A stretch of DNA of 63,988 nucleotides, filler included, from Lama guanicoe (lineage: Eukaryota), in NCBI GenBank assembly GCA_013239625.1. It is 131 parts of 131 records of this genome, joined end to end, with 100 filler letters (N's around TTAATTAATTAA, not from the genome) between each part and the next. Parts side by side here need not be neighbours in the genome. Positions count along the whole stretch, not along the records: positions 1 to 387 come from PNXV01059189.1; positions 488 to 874 come from PNXV01059190.1; positions 975 to 1,361 come from PNXV01059191.1; positions 1,462 to 1,848 come from PNXV01059192.1; positions 1,949 to 2,335 come from PNXV01059193.1; positions 2,436 to 2,822 come from PNXV01059194.1; positions 2,923 to 3,309 come from PNXV01059195.1; positions 3,410 to 3,797 come from PNXV01059196.1; 123 more parts are not named here. One strand, written 5' to 3'. Position 1 is the stretch's first letter. The number at the start of each line of letters is the position of its first letter. Shown here piece by piece: positions 1 through 12,470 of this stretch. The translations under genes were made by a program, and so were the position numbers. The notes below the pieces were generated by a model, which made no database searches, was not told the DNA's origin, and saw only the letters and a program-made list of their open reading frames with translations.

Positions 1-545
1 GGCTAGACCTGGGAGTGGGGTGAGCAGAGTAGGGAAGGGGAAAGGCAGTCAAAGGTGCCATTTCAGGCGAAGTCCTAGCCTCTGCCTGATTCTGCTGGGA
101 ATGCTGGAGTATAAATTACCTTTGGGAGTCGACCCAACCTCAAGGCAAGGAAGTTGTGTTTCTTTCCCTGGCAGTGCTTGGCTACAGGTTACCCTGGAGG
201 GACATACACACTCAAGCGCTTCCAGCTCAGTCCAGAACCCAAAGGGTGAGGAAACCCAGATGCCAGCACTTAGAAGGGGGTGGGTGTACAGGACCAGTGA
301 ATGGGGGCCACAGGACCTGGGCAGAGCACCAAAAATTTCTGCTCCATTGAGTAGGTAATTGGAATGAAATTCTCCAATATCAACTGANNNNNNNNNNNNN
401 NNNNNNNNNNNNNNNNNNNNNNNNNNNNNNNTTAATTAATTAANNNNNNNNNNNNNNNNNNNNNNNNNNNNNNNNNNNNNNNNNNNNTGGGAGTTCTAGC
501 TGTTTCATACAGCAGTGTCAGAGAAGGCTTCCAATTTGAACAGAG

Positions 546-874
546 CTCTTAAACAACCAATGGATCAAAGAAAAAAATCACAAGGGAGATTAGCAAATAC
601 TCTGAGAGGAATGAAAACAAAAATACAATTTACCAAAACTTATGGGATGATGCAAAAGCAGTGCTCATAGGGAGACTTATGACTGAATGCCTACATTAAA
701 AAAGAAAAAAGATCTGAAATCAGTAACCTAACTTTATGCCTCGTGAAATTAGAAAAAGAACAAACTTAACCCAAAGCTGCAGAAGGGAGGAAATAATAAA
801 GATTAAAACAGAGATAAAAGAAATAGAGAATAGAGAAACAATACAGAATCAACGAAACCAAAAGTTATTTTTTT
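546..874 (+). mobile_element. LINE-1 ORF2 fragment (post-endonuclease region), degenerate
   Basis: Conceptual translation resembles L1 ORF2 (LLNNQWIKE...NENKNT.YQNLWD.AKAVL.G; REEIIKIKTEIKEIENRETI); A-rich sense strand with frameshifts. Confidence 0.9.
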
Positions 875-974
875 NNNNNNNNNNNNNNNNNNNNNNNNNN
901 NNNNNNNNNNNNNNNNNNTTAATTAATTAANNNNNNNNNNNNNNNNNNNNNNNNNNNNNNNNNNNNNNNNNNNN

Positions 975-1127
975 CTCCTGCTGAGGACGGTCCTCACTGG
1001 CCACAGTCCAGGTGTCAGGCGGGCTCGATTCCTGATGGAGGTTGTCAGGGGGTGTCCGTTTCTTCACCTCGTCCAGCTCCTGCAGGCTGCCCGCATCCCT
1101 GGCTAGGAGCCCCTCCTGCATCTTCTA
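975..1127. mobile_element. MaLR (MLT1-type) LTR fragment
   Basis: ...gtccgtttcttcacctcgtccagctcctgcaggctgcccgcatccctggct... resembles the MLT1 consensus motif. Confidence 0.55.
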
Positions 1128-1136
1128 AGGAAGCGC

Positions 1137-1361
1137 TGTTACAACCAACCCCCTATTTTCTAGATTTTCTTCAGAGATTCTGTAGGGACAAGAGGAAGGG
1201 GCGACATGCTAAGGAAAGGGTTTGGGGTCTGTGATCAGCTCGTGGACATTCTTCTGATTGGCTGGTGGTGAGGTACCTGGGAGTCAGCCGCGTCCACCTT
1301 CTGGTTCCAGCCAGTCTGGGGTCTGCACACTGGTGGGCAGCATGCAGTTAACTTCTTCCGC
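1137..1361. mobile_element. ERV-type LTR fragment
   Basis: tgtgatcagctcgtggacattcttctgattggctggtggtgagg...ccttctggttccagccagtctggggtct is typical of laurasiatherian ERV1 LTRs; begins tgttaca. Confidence 0.6.
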
Positions 1362-1461
1362 NNNNNNNNNNNNNNNNNNNNNNNNNNNNNNNNNNNNNNN
1401 NNNNNTTAATTAATTAANNNNNNNNNNNNNNNNNNNNNNNNNNNNNNNNNNNNNNNNNNNN

Positions 1462-1848
1462 GAAAGCCAACAGACCGAGAGGACGGTAGACTAATGTCTT
1501 GGAGAACCATACTAGTCAAGTCAGAATTCAGGCTCTTTTTATACTAAAAGAGGAGAGGGTGTGGTTGGTTGTTTCAAACTTCTTGGTGTAGGAGTCCTTT
1601 GTTCTTGCAGCTGTCCACATGATCAGATCTTGGTGTCCCTGTAAACCTCCAACAAAACAACATTCCATTGTTTTCCATTCTGCAACTTGTTACCTTTATA
1701 GGAGTGCACAAGGGTTAATATCCTTAAGGATCAGAGTCCCAGGAACAGGCGGTCCTGTCTATTTCAGGCTAAAAGCAGCATTGTTTTACAGAAGGTGCAG
1801 AGCTGGCAAGACTGAGCCTAGAAAACAGGGCACAGGGTTGAAGCCAAA
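1462..1848. mobile_element. ERV-type LTR fragment
   Basis: tttttatactaaaagaggagagggtgtggttggttgtttcaaacttcttggtgtaggagtcctttgttcttgcagctgtcc...cctgtaaacctccaacaa resembles ERV1 LTRs. Confidence 0.55.
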
Positions 1849-4800
1849 NNNNNNNNNNNNNNNNNNNNNNNNNNNNNNNNNNNNNNNNNNNNTTAATTAA
1901 TTAANNNNNNNNNNNNNNNNNNNNNNNNNNNNNNNNNNNNNNNNNNNNTCACTCACACCAACACAGCAGGGACAGTCTCCTGAAGTAATGACCAAAATTT
2001 TAAAAATAACATGTTTGCACCTTCTTTAAATAACAGTCAAGTAACGGTTATAACTAAAACCACCTGCATATATAAAAACATAGAAAAAGAACTGCAGGAT
2101 ATATACTACACTGAAAAGATTAAATACCGCTCAGAAGAGGTGAGGGTTAACCAGAGAGTACTTTACAGCCTTACCTATGTTTCCATCACTTACTAAAAAA
2201 AACTTGTAAGTTCTTATGATTATTTATAAGGAGAATAATCATACATTACTGTATAATTAAATAGTATTCATATAATACCTATATAATTTTTAAAGTCCTG
2301 AACAGGAATGAAGGGCAGTTTCTGGCTTATAACATNNNNNNNNNNNNNNNNNNNNNNNNNNNNNNNNNNNNNNNNNNNNTTAATTAATTAANNNNNNNNN
2401 NNNNNNNNNNNNNNNNNNNNNNNNNNNNNNNNNNNACCTGGGAGAACTCACGAGTGCTATTAGAAGCTTTCAGAAGTCATGTCACTACTTACAAACATGA
2501 AGAGAAGTGAGGAAAAATAAAATAAGGATCTGTTCTTCATGGATGGCTGACATTACTTGCTGTTATGTCGTAAGTGTAGAACCAAGGTTTGTAACATATA
2601 AACCACTCACATTTCAGAGCAAAGAGTGGTTATCAATCAACCGGTGAGGTGGAGTTGAGCCTCAGAAAGACTACATGTTTTAAGCTGCATCCTGGCTCAT
2701 AAATTCCCCATAGAAAATGCTATCCCAACAAATGTCTTGATTTCTAAGACAGACAGATGTAAATGACCTCAAAAAACATGGCTTTGAGCCAGTGACCTAG
2801 ACTGTCCATCTCTCTTAAGTTTNNNNNNNNNNNNNNNNNNNNNNNNNNNNNNNNNNNNNNNNNNNNTTAATTAATTAANNNNNNNNNNNNNNNNNNNNNN
2901 NNNNNNNNNNNNNNNNNNNNNNATTTTCTTCTAGTCTACATCCTTAGTCTTTTGTATGATCTCTCTCTTTCTCTCTCTCATAGTTTCTCTGTTGTTTCAT
3001 AGGATTTTATTCATGCTTAAGTGGCTTAGAAAGGAGGCAGGACTCCTTTAGCTCCCCCTACCCCTGCATCTTGTTTGTAGAAAAGCTGAAGTCTCCCAGG
3101 CCTCTCTGAGTCACAGAAGAGCAGGCTCTAGCAGTTGATTAGGACAAGCCTGAAGGCATTGGGGGATGGGAACAACTCTGACCACCTATCTCAGTGATTA
3201 ACTGAGATTACTCCCTCATTTCCCTTTAGAACTTTCAGGGCTAAACAGAATCTTTGGAGATGGGTCCACCAGATTGCAGCCATTCTGGTTAAAAGCAACT
3301 TTCCTTCTTNNNNNNNNNNNNNNNNNNNNNNNNNNNNNNNNNNNNNNNNNNNNTTAATTAATTAANNNNNNNNNNNNNNNNNNNNNNNNNNNNNNNNNNN
3401 NNNNNNNNNCCATTTGGACCAAGCTTATCCCACGACTACGCTCAATTGCAAAGGAGGGTGGGAAAAGGCAGTCTTTCTTCCAGGCAGCCATGAGCCCAGC
3501 TAAAAATCAGGAGGCTTTATTACTGAAGTTCAAGGGACGAGTGGATGCTGGGAGACAGCTCACACAGTCTGCCGCAGATGCACAAACTACGTATTTGCTT
3601 TGGGGCTGTTTGCAATGTTTTATTCTTGGTCCTCGCCCAACTCTTTTTCCAATGTTCTTCCATTGCCCCTGATGTTTGTAACTGTTGAAGCAACAAGTGC
3701 CATTGCATAATTCTGCAAATTACATAATCATTAAGGGCTATACGCCTCTTTAGGGAAAGGTGACAGGGAGGACTTCCGTTGTTCCCAAGCAGGAAACNNN
3801 NNNNNNNNNNNNNNNNNNNNNNNNNNNNNNNNNNNNNNNNNTTAATTAATTAANNNNNNNNNNNNNNNNNNNNNNNNNNNNNNNNNNNNNNNNNNNNTTG
3901 CTTTGTTAGTAACATCCCGGGAGCATTAATCCGGACTATTTCCATGCGTTTTGGAGTCTGGAAACGGCAGCTCTCAATGACCTTGTGAGTCTCCCTGCCT
4001 CTCGTAACCTCTGGGTCAGGGTCATTCCAAGACTGGCTGGGGCCGTGTTCCGGCAGGACAGAGCCTGGGCGCTAATTCTCCCTTGAGAATTCCACTTAGA
4101 TTTTTTTTTTTATTGTTTATTTCCAAATGATGGATCGGGGAGGAAGCTAAACGCCTTCACATAAAATATCTAGTTCTTTAGGAAGAATGGGTCTCGGCAA
4201 TCAATGACCCACACATGCTTTATGCTCCCCACCCTCGCTCTTCAACTGCCAAGGTACTGGCTGGAGTATTCATCCCCGGCGGGAANNNNNNNNNNNNNNN
4301 NNNNNNNNNNNNNNNNNNNNNNNNNNNNNTTAATTAATTAANNNNNNNNNNNNNNNNNNNNNNNNNNNNNNNNNNNNNNNNNNNNGTTAAATAGAAAGGC
4401 TTGAATCAAGAATCTTGTGGGAGAGGGAATACAACAAAATTACTTAAATTTAGATAAAATGATGAGGATGCATTAATATATGCACCTGAAAGGCAAATGT
4501 AACCTACAAATGTAAACCCAGGAACAGTAAAAAAATCTAAATATAAACTGTAAAGAGAAGAAACGAAAAATGAACACATCACGGCAGTATATATTATATG
4601 AAACATATATTGTTATTTGTGAACACTTTGAAAGGACCTAACACAGAGCAAGCATTCTTTTCCAAACTTGTTTGAGCACACAGTTATATTAATATATCAC
4701 CAAAAAATGGTGCTATAGGAGGGATAAGTGAGACTGAATGTGCAAGAACTAGGGAAAGGAATTAAAGAGAGANNNNNNNNNNNNNNNNNNNNNNNNNNNN

Positions 4801-4872
4801 NNNNNNNNNNNNNNNNTTAATTAATTAANNNNNNNNNNNNNNNNNNNNNNNNNNNNNNNNNNNNNNNNNNNN

Positions 4873-5259
4873 AATTCTTGCATTCACCCCCAGCTCCAGG
4901 CAACCATGAATCTGTTTTCTGTCTCAAGAGTTTTGTCTTTTCAAGAAATTTCACATAAAGGGAATTATACAATAAGTAGTCTTTTGTGCCCGGTTTCTTT
5001 CACTTAGAATAAGGTTTTTGAGGTTCATCCATGTTGTACGTGTCAGTGTTTCATTCCATTTTATCAACGAGCTGTAGTCCACTGAATAGATACACCCAAT
5101 TTTGTTTATCAGTCTACCAGCTGAAGGGCATTTGGGTTGTTTCCAGTTTGGGGCTCTCATAAATCATGCTTCTGTAACCATTCCTGTACTAGTCTTGGCA
5201 TGGACTTACATTTCCCCTTCTCTTGTGTGAATTCCTAGGAGTGGAATTGCTGAGTATTA
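4873..5259 (-). mobile_element. LINE-1 3' region (old L1M-type)
   Basis: Minus-strand pseudo-translation APNWKQPKCPS...TTWMNLKNLILSERNRAQKTTYCIIPF matches the L1 ORF2 C-terminal/3' region. Confidence 0.9.
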
Positions 5260-6334
5260 NNNNNNNNNNNNNNNNNNNNNNNNNNNNNNNNNNNNNNNNN
5301 NNNTTAATTAATTAANNNNNNNNNNNNNNNNNNNNNNNNNNNNNNNNNNNNNNNNNNNNCCACAGCCGGTCAATGGGTCCCTGATTTTGCTTCCATCTTC
5401 TCTCTGTGAAAGTCTCTCCCCAGCTTCCTGTTGGCGGAGTGCTCCTAACCCCGTCTGGCTTGGCGCTGCCCAAGTCAGATCCATTTTTGCTCCAATGAAG
5501 TCTTAAAATTCCGAATACACCTCAGCTTGTCTCTTAACAAACTACCAACTGGAAGAGGACAGGATGTTACCAAGGTCTCACTCCAGCACCTAATGATGTG
5601 GTCTTAATATGGGTTACACAGAAACACCCAAATCCTTTCAGACTTGAGGACACTCATCTTTCATGGCATTCCCACTTGTCAAACTTACAAATAAACAATT
5701 TAGCAAAAATTCTGTCATTGCAAAGTCGAGTGTATGAAAGTGAAGGGNNNNNNNNNNNNNNNNNNNNNNNNNNNNNNNNNNNNNNNNNNNNTTAATTAAT
5801 TAANNNNNNNNNNNNNNNNNNNNNNNNNNNNNNNNNNNNNNNNNNNNAGTGTACAATGCAAACAAATGCAAAAAAGCGTACCCCCTTCAAAGAAACGAAG
5901 CCATAGCACCGTAGTGGAGGAGTTTCCTCTCTTGGGAGAAAGAATAGAGGGGAGGAGGAAGCTGAGGATTTAGAAAAGATACGTTAAAAAGAATTTAATT
6001 CAAGGAATCAGAGCTGACTTAAAGTTATGTGGTTAATTCTTGGGGTGGGAAGAATTCTTTGGAAAAGCAGGCTTTTCTTAAGCTGATGCAGTCGATAATT
6101 TCCATCACTAATAGAGCAGCCTTATCTTCTCAGGGCTGGGGATGACTCCAGTCTTCCTATTGTTGGGCCACATCTTTTATTTGTTTTCTCCTGCCAGCTT
6201 TAGTCAAGACTTTTTGTTCCCAGGCTGATGTCCTNNNNNNNNNNNNNNNNNNNNNNNNNNNNNNNNNNNNNNNNNNNNTTAATTAATTAANNNNNNNNNN
6301 NNNNNNNNNNNNNNNNNNNNNNNNNNNNNNNNNN

Positions 6335-6722
6335 GTATCAAGTGCATTGTTTCTGCACTAATTTTCTTTCTGGATGATCTATCCATTGATGTAAGTAGTA
6401 CACTGAAGTCCCCTACTATTACTGTACTGCTTTCAAGTTCTCCCTTTAAATCCGTTGATATTGTTTTACATACTTTGGTGCCTCTCTGCTGGGGGCCAAT
6501 TGACATTAACAGGTTAGAGGGAGAATTCTAAAACGGTGCCTACCAGCATCAGCGTTAGCAAGGTAGCGTGATGTCACAAAAATGGTTCTCAGCGACCTAG
6601 GGGCATCCCAGCTGGTACATGCATCTGGCAAATGTTTTGAGATTAGTAGGTGTTCTGGCTTTTGGATCAAGTGAGTCTGTGTGAAAGCCCTTCAAGAGTG
6701 GGTTTTCCATTTTCTGTAGTTC
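6335..6722 (-). mobile_element. LINE-1 fragment: ORF2 endonuclease region (6335-~6497) joined to probable L1 5' region sequence
   Basis: STVIVGDFSVLLTSMDRSSRKKISAET matches the L1 endonuclease motif (TIIVGDFNTPLS.MDRSSRQKI). Confidence 0.75.
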
Positions 6723-8286
6723 NNNNNNNNNNNNNNNNNNNNNNNNNNNNNNNNNNNNNNNNNNNNTTAATTAATTAANNNNNNNNNNNNNNNNNNNNNN
6801 NNNNNNNNNNNNNNNNNNNNNNAATATGGATTAGTCATGTCAGTTTTGCTCTGTCTCTCTTAAACATCATCATCTCTTGGAGAAAAAAGTGGGCTGGCAT
6901 ATTTCATATCTCCACACTTATCAAACATGAATATTTTTGTGTATATTTTTTTTCCTCAAAAATGGCTAAAAAATGTAGGCTTTTATAGCACATGGATGAG
7001 AAAATATGTTATAAGCCAAATTTAACTCTACCTGGAGTGTCCTGTATTGCGTATGTACTACTGTTTAGCTTCACCACCCTGATGTCTGCTGTATCCTTTT
7101 ATCCAGTATTGTCTTCTTCAAACTCTAGTATATGAATTATCAAAGAGTTTTTAGAAGCTTGTAAGGACCTAGTCTATCCTAAAGATCCAGCCTTTTCTTT
7201 CTTTCTTTAANNNNNNNNNNNNNNNNNNNNNNNNNNNNNNNNNNNNNNNNNNNNTTAATTAATTAANNNNNNNNNNNNNNNNNNNNNNNNNNNNNNNNNN
7301 NNNNNNNNNNCTCTCTCAGTGACCCCAAGAGTCAAGCACAGACTCTCGATGGGGCTGCTTCAGAGAAGTACGAATGTCTGGACAAAAAGGCACAAGGACA
7401 AATGCTAGTGATGGCAAGAGAGAGCAGCTTAGCATTAAGAAGATGGAATAAACAGAGCTGGCTTCTGGCTAAGCTTAAAGGGAATGCCTCCAAGGAGGCT
7501 GACGTGGGGACAGGAGGATGCCTGGGAAGACCCGGGAAAAGACAGCAGCAAGAAAGCTGTGAGTCAACCTCCATTCTTCTGCAACGCACGCCCCCCGTCT
7601 TCCTGCTTTCCCAGGTTGGGGCTCTCTCCTTTAGTAACCGAATCTCCAAATTGGAGTTCCCATTCTGAGAGATCCAGTGTTCTCCCAAGTACACCCAANN
7701 NNNNNNNNNNNNNNNNNNNNNNNNNNNNNNNNNNNNNNNNNNTTAATTAATTAANNNNNNNNNNNNNNNNNNNNNNNNNNNNNNNNNNNNNNNNNNNNCT
7801 GGGGTGCAGTGTACCTAAGAAGGTTAATGCAGTAATTAACAGACTGGGGAAGATGCGAGCCCCCTGGAACCGCAGCAGAGGCAATGTGATTCTGGATTTA
7901 CGGGTTTTGAAGATTCACCAGGCGGGAACCCCTCTCACAAGCGTTTGGCAGTTTTATTCCTTCTTACTCTGGGTTTTACAGTTTGCCTGAAAATGAGAAA
8001 GCACACGTTTTGGTTTCTGTCAGATCAGGGAAAGCAGAACAGCCTCCAAAGTCTACCAGCAAGCGCCAGGTTTGGTGAAGAGGCCTCTCGCGCCGAGACA
8101 GGAGGGAGGGGGCAGGGCTCGGCCACCAGAGGAAGGACTCGGCAGTTAGCACCAAGGTGGCGGAAGAGTCAGCCCTCAGCGGGCCCNNNNNNNNNNNNNN
8201 NNNNNNNNNNNNNNNNNNNNNNNNNNNNNNTTAATTAATTAANNNNNNNNNNNNNNNNNNNNNNNNNNNNNNNNNNNNNNNNNNNN

Positions 8287-8674
8287 GGGTTGCATGTACA
8301 TGTAAATGATGTTTCCATAGAAAAGCGAGACCACTGTGAGATGGGAGCCACAGGTGTTGAAGGCCTTGTGCCGCCCTGATGCTGACTGAATCTGTAACAC
8401 AGCCCTCACGATGCAGCCATAGGAGACCAGGATACACACAAGGGGTGACAGCACGATGCCCACCGCCAGGACAAAGACGGTGCCCTCTATGGCAGCTGTG
8501 TTCACACAGGCCATGCGGATGAGGGCGGGCATCTCACACAGGAAGTGGTCCACGCTGCGGTGCCCACAGCGGGGTAAGCGCAGGGTGACTGGGGACATGA
8601 CCAACGAGTTGGCCACGCCACAGCCCCAGGCCACCAACACCAAGCCCAGGCAAAGCCGTGGATTCATAACCACC
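8287..8674 (-). CDS. OR2W3: Olfactory receptor family 2W fragment (OR2W3-like), TM4-TM6, open across the whole contig
   Basis: MNPRLC...VDHFLCEMPALIRMAC...KAFNTCGSHLTVVSLFYGNIIYMYMQP carries canonical OR motifs and closely follows human OR2W3 as recalled. No stop in frame; truncated at both ends by linkers. Confidence 0.9.
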
Positions 8675-10238
8675 NNNNNNNNNNNNNNNNNNNNNNNNNN
8701 NNNNNNNNNNNNNNNNNNTTAATTAATTAANNNNNNNNNNNNNNNNNNNNNNNNNNNNNNNNNNNNNNNNNNNNACTCCCCTCCCTCTTTACATTTACAA
8801 AATCTTGCATCCTGCATCTCTGCACAGCTGTTCTTTTATTTTTTTCCTCTTTTCACTTTTTACCACATCCCCATGCACTTGGCAGAAGAGAGCTGACCCT
8901 GGCTTCCCAGAGGTATGTGTCTTCAGAGCACCTGCCAGTCTTTGACTCCTTCCTGGAGCCCACGCGTACGTACCCGGGTGTGGAGAGCTGTGACAAGGTG
9001 TGGAGGCTGTGCGGCCCCTCGGGCCCCTGGCCTTCCTGCAGGCCAGCAAGCAGTTCCTGCAGACGCAGTGCCAGGGCCGCCCCAGGATGACGACCCAGGG
9101 CGCCCCCATGACCCCCCACCACAGAAACAACTTCTCCGTGGAGCACCTGGTTGTGGGCCATCNNNNNNNNNNNNNNNNNNNNNNNNNNNNNNNNNNNNNN
9201 NNNNNNTTAATTAATTAANNNNNNNNNNNNNNNNNNNNNNNNNNNNNNNNNNNNNNNNNNNNATCTGGGTCTTCAGAATGTCCTAGTTCTTGACATTAAA
9301 CCCTTAAATAAATTCTCAAAATATTTTTCAACTAACTTCTGCATTGACCAGTATGTTGGGAAATGTACAAAACTCAATCTTTCTACATGGTGTCACACTC
9401 TGGCTCTTCCTCTGAACAAGAGGTCACTTCAGTCTTTCTCATACTCCCCTCCCTTCCATTACAAAAGGCACACAGTCTTTCTCCCTGAAGGCACTAACAT
9501 TTCATTAGCTGAGGTTTTCTTCCAGGACATTTCTTTATTCATCAAAATCCAGTGACCTCATTTAGCCAAATCACTTGACCAGAAACTTTGTCTATTCAAC
9601 TAAGACTAAGTTCACAAACTATAACCAAAGAGGTCTTTGAGCAGCCAATANNNNNNNNNNNNNNNNNNNNNNNNNNNNNNNNNNNNNNNNNNNNTTAATT
9701 AATTAANNNNNNNNNNNNNNNNNNNNNNNNNNNNNNNNNNNNNNNNNNNNTTCCATGTCCACAAAATGAAGAGCTTTTCCTGATCATCAGTTTTTCATAC
9801 AACAGACAAGTAAATCTCATCTAGCCCTAGAAAGGGAAAAACATGAGCTTTACAAGACTATCAACATCAAAAGAATTTAAAAATAATGATATCATCTTTT
9901 GAATCTTTTAATCTGCGAGTCCCACTTCCACAGCTCTTTATTATTTTATTCTTTGCCTTGTAATTTATATCTTGAAGAAATGAGGTCCTTGTCTTGCAGC
10001 AATTTCTACAGCCTGGATTTTGCTGACTACATTCTTGTGTTATTTAACATGTCCTATTGTCCCCTTTATTTCAATCAATTTGACAGTTGGATTGAGAAGC
10101 TTGTTGAGATTCGAGTTTGTTTTTTGCAAGGTAACTTCNNNNNNNNNNNNNNNNNNNNNNNNNNNNNNNNNNNNNNNNNNNNTTAATTAATTAANNNNNN
10201 NNNNNNNNNNNNNNNNNNNNNNNNNNNNNNNNNNNNNN

Positions 10239-10626
10239 TCACAGAATTATAGAGATGGAGAACATATTAGTGATTGCCAGGAATTAGGAACAGGGTGGGG
10301 GAGTGAGTGAGGATGGCTTTAAAATGTTAGCATGAGGGATCATTATGATGTGTTATGTGTCTTGACTGGGGAAGTGGTTACTTCAATTTATATATGTGAT
10401 AAAAATGCATGAAACTACACAAACACACACACAAATGAATGCATATAACACCATTGAAATCTTACAGTCTGTTGATTGTACCAATGTCAATTTTTTTATT
10501 TTGGTATTGTGCTATATTTATATAAAACATTACCAATGGGGAAACTGTGACATCTACACAGGGCCTCTGTGTACTATTTTTGTAACCTCTTGTGAATCTA
10601 CAATTACTTTAAAATAAAAATATTTT
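10239..10626 (+). mobile_element. LINE-1 3' end (L1MC/MD-like)
   Basis: gagatggagaacatattagtgattgccagg...ctgtgtactatttttgtaacctcttgtgaatctacaattactttaaaataaaaa is a typical L1M 3' terminus. Confidence 0.8.
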
Positions 10627-11879
10627 NNNNNNNNNNNNNNNNNNNNNNNNNNNNNNNNNNNNNNNNNNNNTTAATTAATTAANNNNNNNNNNNNNNNNNN
10701 NNNNNNNNNNNNNNNNNNNNNNNNNNTTTTTATCCTTAAAGGCCCATTTAAAGCACATGCCCAAAGGCAGGAGTTCGCCCGCAGCCGCAGGAGGTGCGTG
10801 GGTGGCTGCAGGGAAAGCAGGATGAGGAGGAAGGACAAATGCAGCAGATGCTGAAGAAGGAACCAACAGCAGCCTCCGAGGTGTGACATCCCCTGGGGCG
10901 GGGCTGGGTGGGGCTGGGCGGGGAGACACCCAGAGCATCTCAGAGCCGCATGGGAGCTGAAATGAGGTTCTGAGAACCTGCAATTTATACAGAAGTCTTG
11001 CAAGTCTAGTGGTCACATAACGCATTGTAAACAGCAGCCTTAGGAGCTCCGCGCCTTCTCGCAGTAGCTGGAGTCTCAGCGTTCCACACCTGTGGCCTTT
11101 CTTGCTTCCTCTTTNNNNNNNNNNNNNNNNNNNNNNNNNNNNNNNNNNNNNNNNNNNNTTAATTAATTAANNNNNNNNNNNNNNNNNNNNNNNNNNNNNN
11201 NNNNNNNNNNNNNNAGGAACAAAATAATATGACCCATTGTTCAGACAGACAGCAGCATTTTAGAAATTAACTACCTTCTGTGGTTTTGTCTTCACATTCC
11301 TAATGGAAAGGCCACTTTGGTTGCTTACAGAGCATCTCAGGTTCTCCTAACGGAATTGCATGTGTGGTCATTTTATCCCCCTTCCCCAGTCCTGAGCTTT
11401 GCACAGAGTGGGGATTCATTAAATGCTTGCATTGCCAGGGCAGGTGGGGGCAGAACTCTTACTTAGAGTCCAGGGAGGGCTTCCCTCCTGGAGTTGCTCA
11501 CATGGTGATTTGCCTCTCTGTCTCCCCAGGTGGAAGGGTAGGTACTAGGAAGATGCATCAAACACATCCCTGTTGCAGGTAGAGATATTATGTATTTCAT
11601 TCNNNNNNNNNNNNNNNNNNNNNNNNNNNNNNNNNNNNNNNNNNNNTTAATTAATTAANNNNNNNNNNNNNNNNNNNNNNNNNNNNNNNNNNNNNNNNNN
11701 NNAGGGAGAGACTGAAAGTCATGATGTGCATTGAACTAAGAAGAGAAGGATTAAGATGATATATTAGTAGTTGGGGAGAAATAATAGGAAGACATGAAAT
11801 GAGGATGAAGGAAAAGAGAAATAATGGGTTAAATAGAAATACAGTTCATCTTATTCCTCCCCTTCCCCTCTTCATCAAT

Positions 11880-12090
11880 GTTAATGGCCACTAACTGTGC
11901 GCCTTGTCCTGCAGATACAGAGATGAAAGATGAGGTCGATTCTTAGTCTAAGCAGGAAAAGAAACAAGTAAAGCAATGAATTAAGTAGCATGTATGAAGT
12001 GCAGCTGTAAACGTTCGCACAGGGTGCAGGGAGCCCAGAGAAGGGGCAACTACTTCAATCTGGGCGAGTCAGAGAAGGCTTCCTGGAGAC
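11880..12090. mobile_element. L2 LINE fragment
   Basis: ...gggagcccagagaaggggcaactac...gagtcagagaaggcttcctggag is a typical L2 3' motif. Confidence 0.55.
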
Positions 12091-12299
12091 NNNNNNNNNN
12101 NNNNNNNNNNNNNNNNNNNNNNNNNNNNNNNNNNTTAATTAATTAANNNNNNNNNNNNNNNNNNNNNNNNNNNNNNNNNNNNNNNNNNNNCCATACCTCT
12201 CTGGTTTTTCATGTCGAGTAGAAAACCTTCTGTCTTATGCCTGGTGATTCACATCATAGTCTTTTACAGACAAGACTTTGGTGTTTGCTCTGTTTATTG

Positions 12300-12470
12300 G
12301 AAGCAGTATGTTATTATGGAATTCTCGCAAATGTGATTTAGGTCAAATTCGAAGTCTAGCACTTGGTAGCTGTGTGATCTAGGGCACTTCGCTTTGCCTC
12401 TCTGATCATCGGTCTTCTTCAAGAGATTGGCAGAGTGAAGGGAGATGACGCTGAGTACCTGGCATACACT
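12300..12470 (+). mobile_element. MIR SINE (degenerate)
   Basis: ggtcaaattcgaagtctagcacttggtagctgtgtgatctagggcacttcgctttgcctctctga resembles the MIR core. Confidence 0.55.

Noticed and set aside
7332..7694. Overlapping ORFs of 88-120 aa on both strands
   Set aside because: No recognisable motif, splice structure or codon bias; consistent with chance ORFs.
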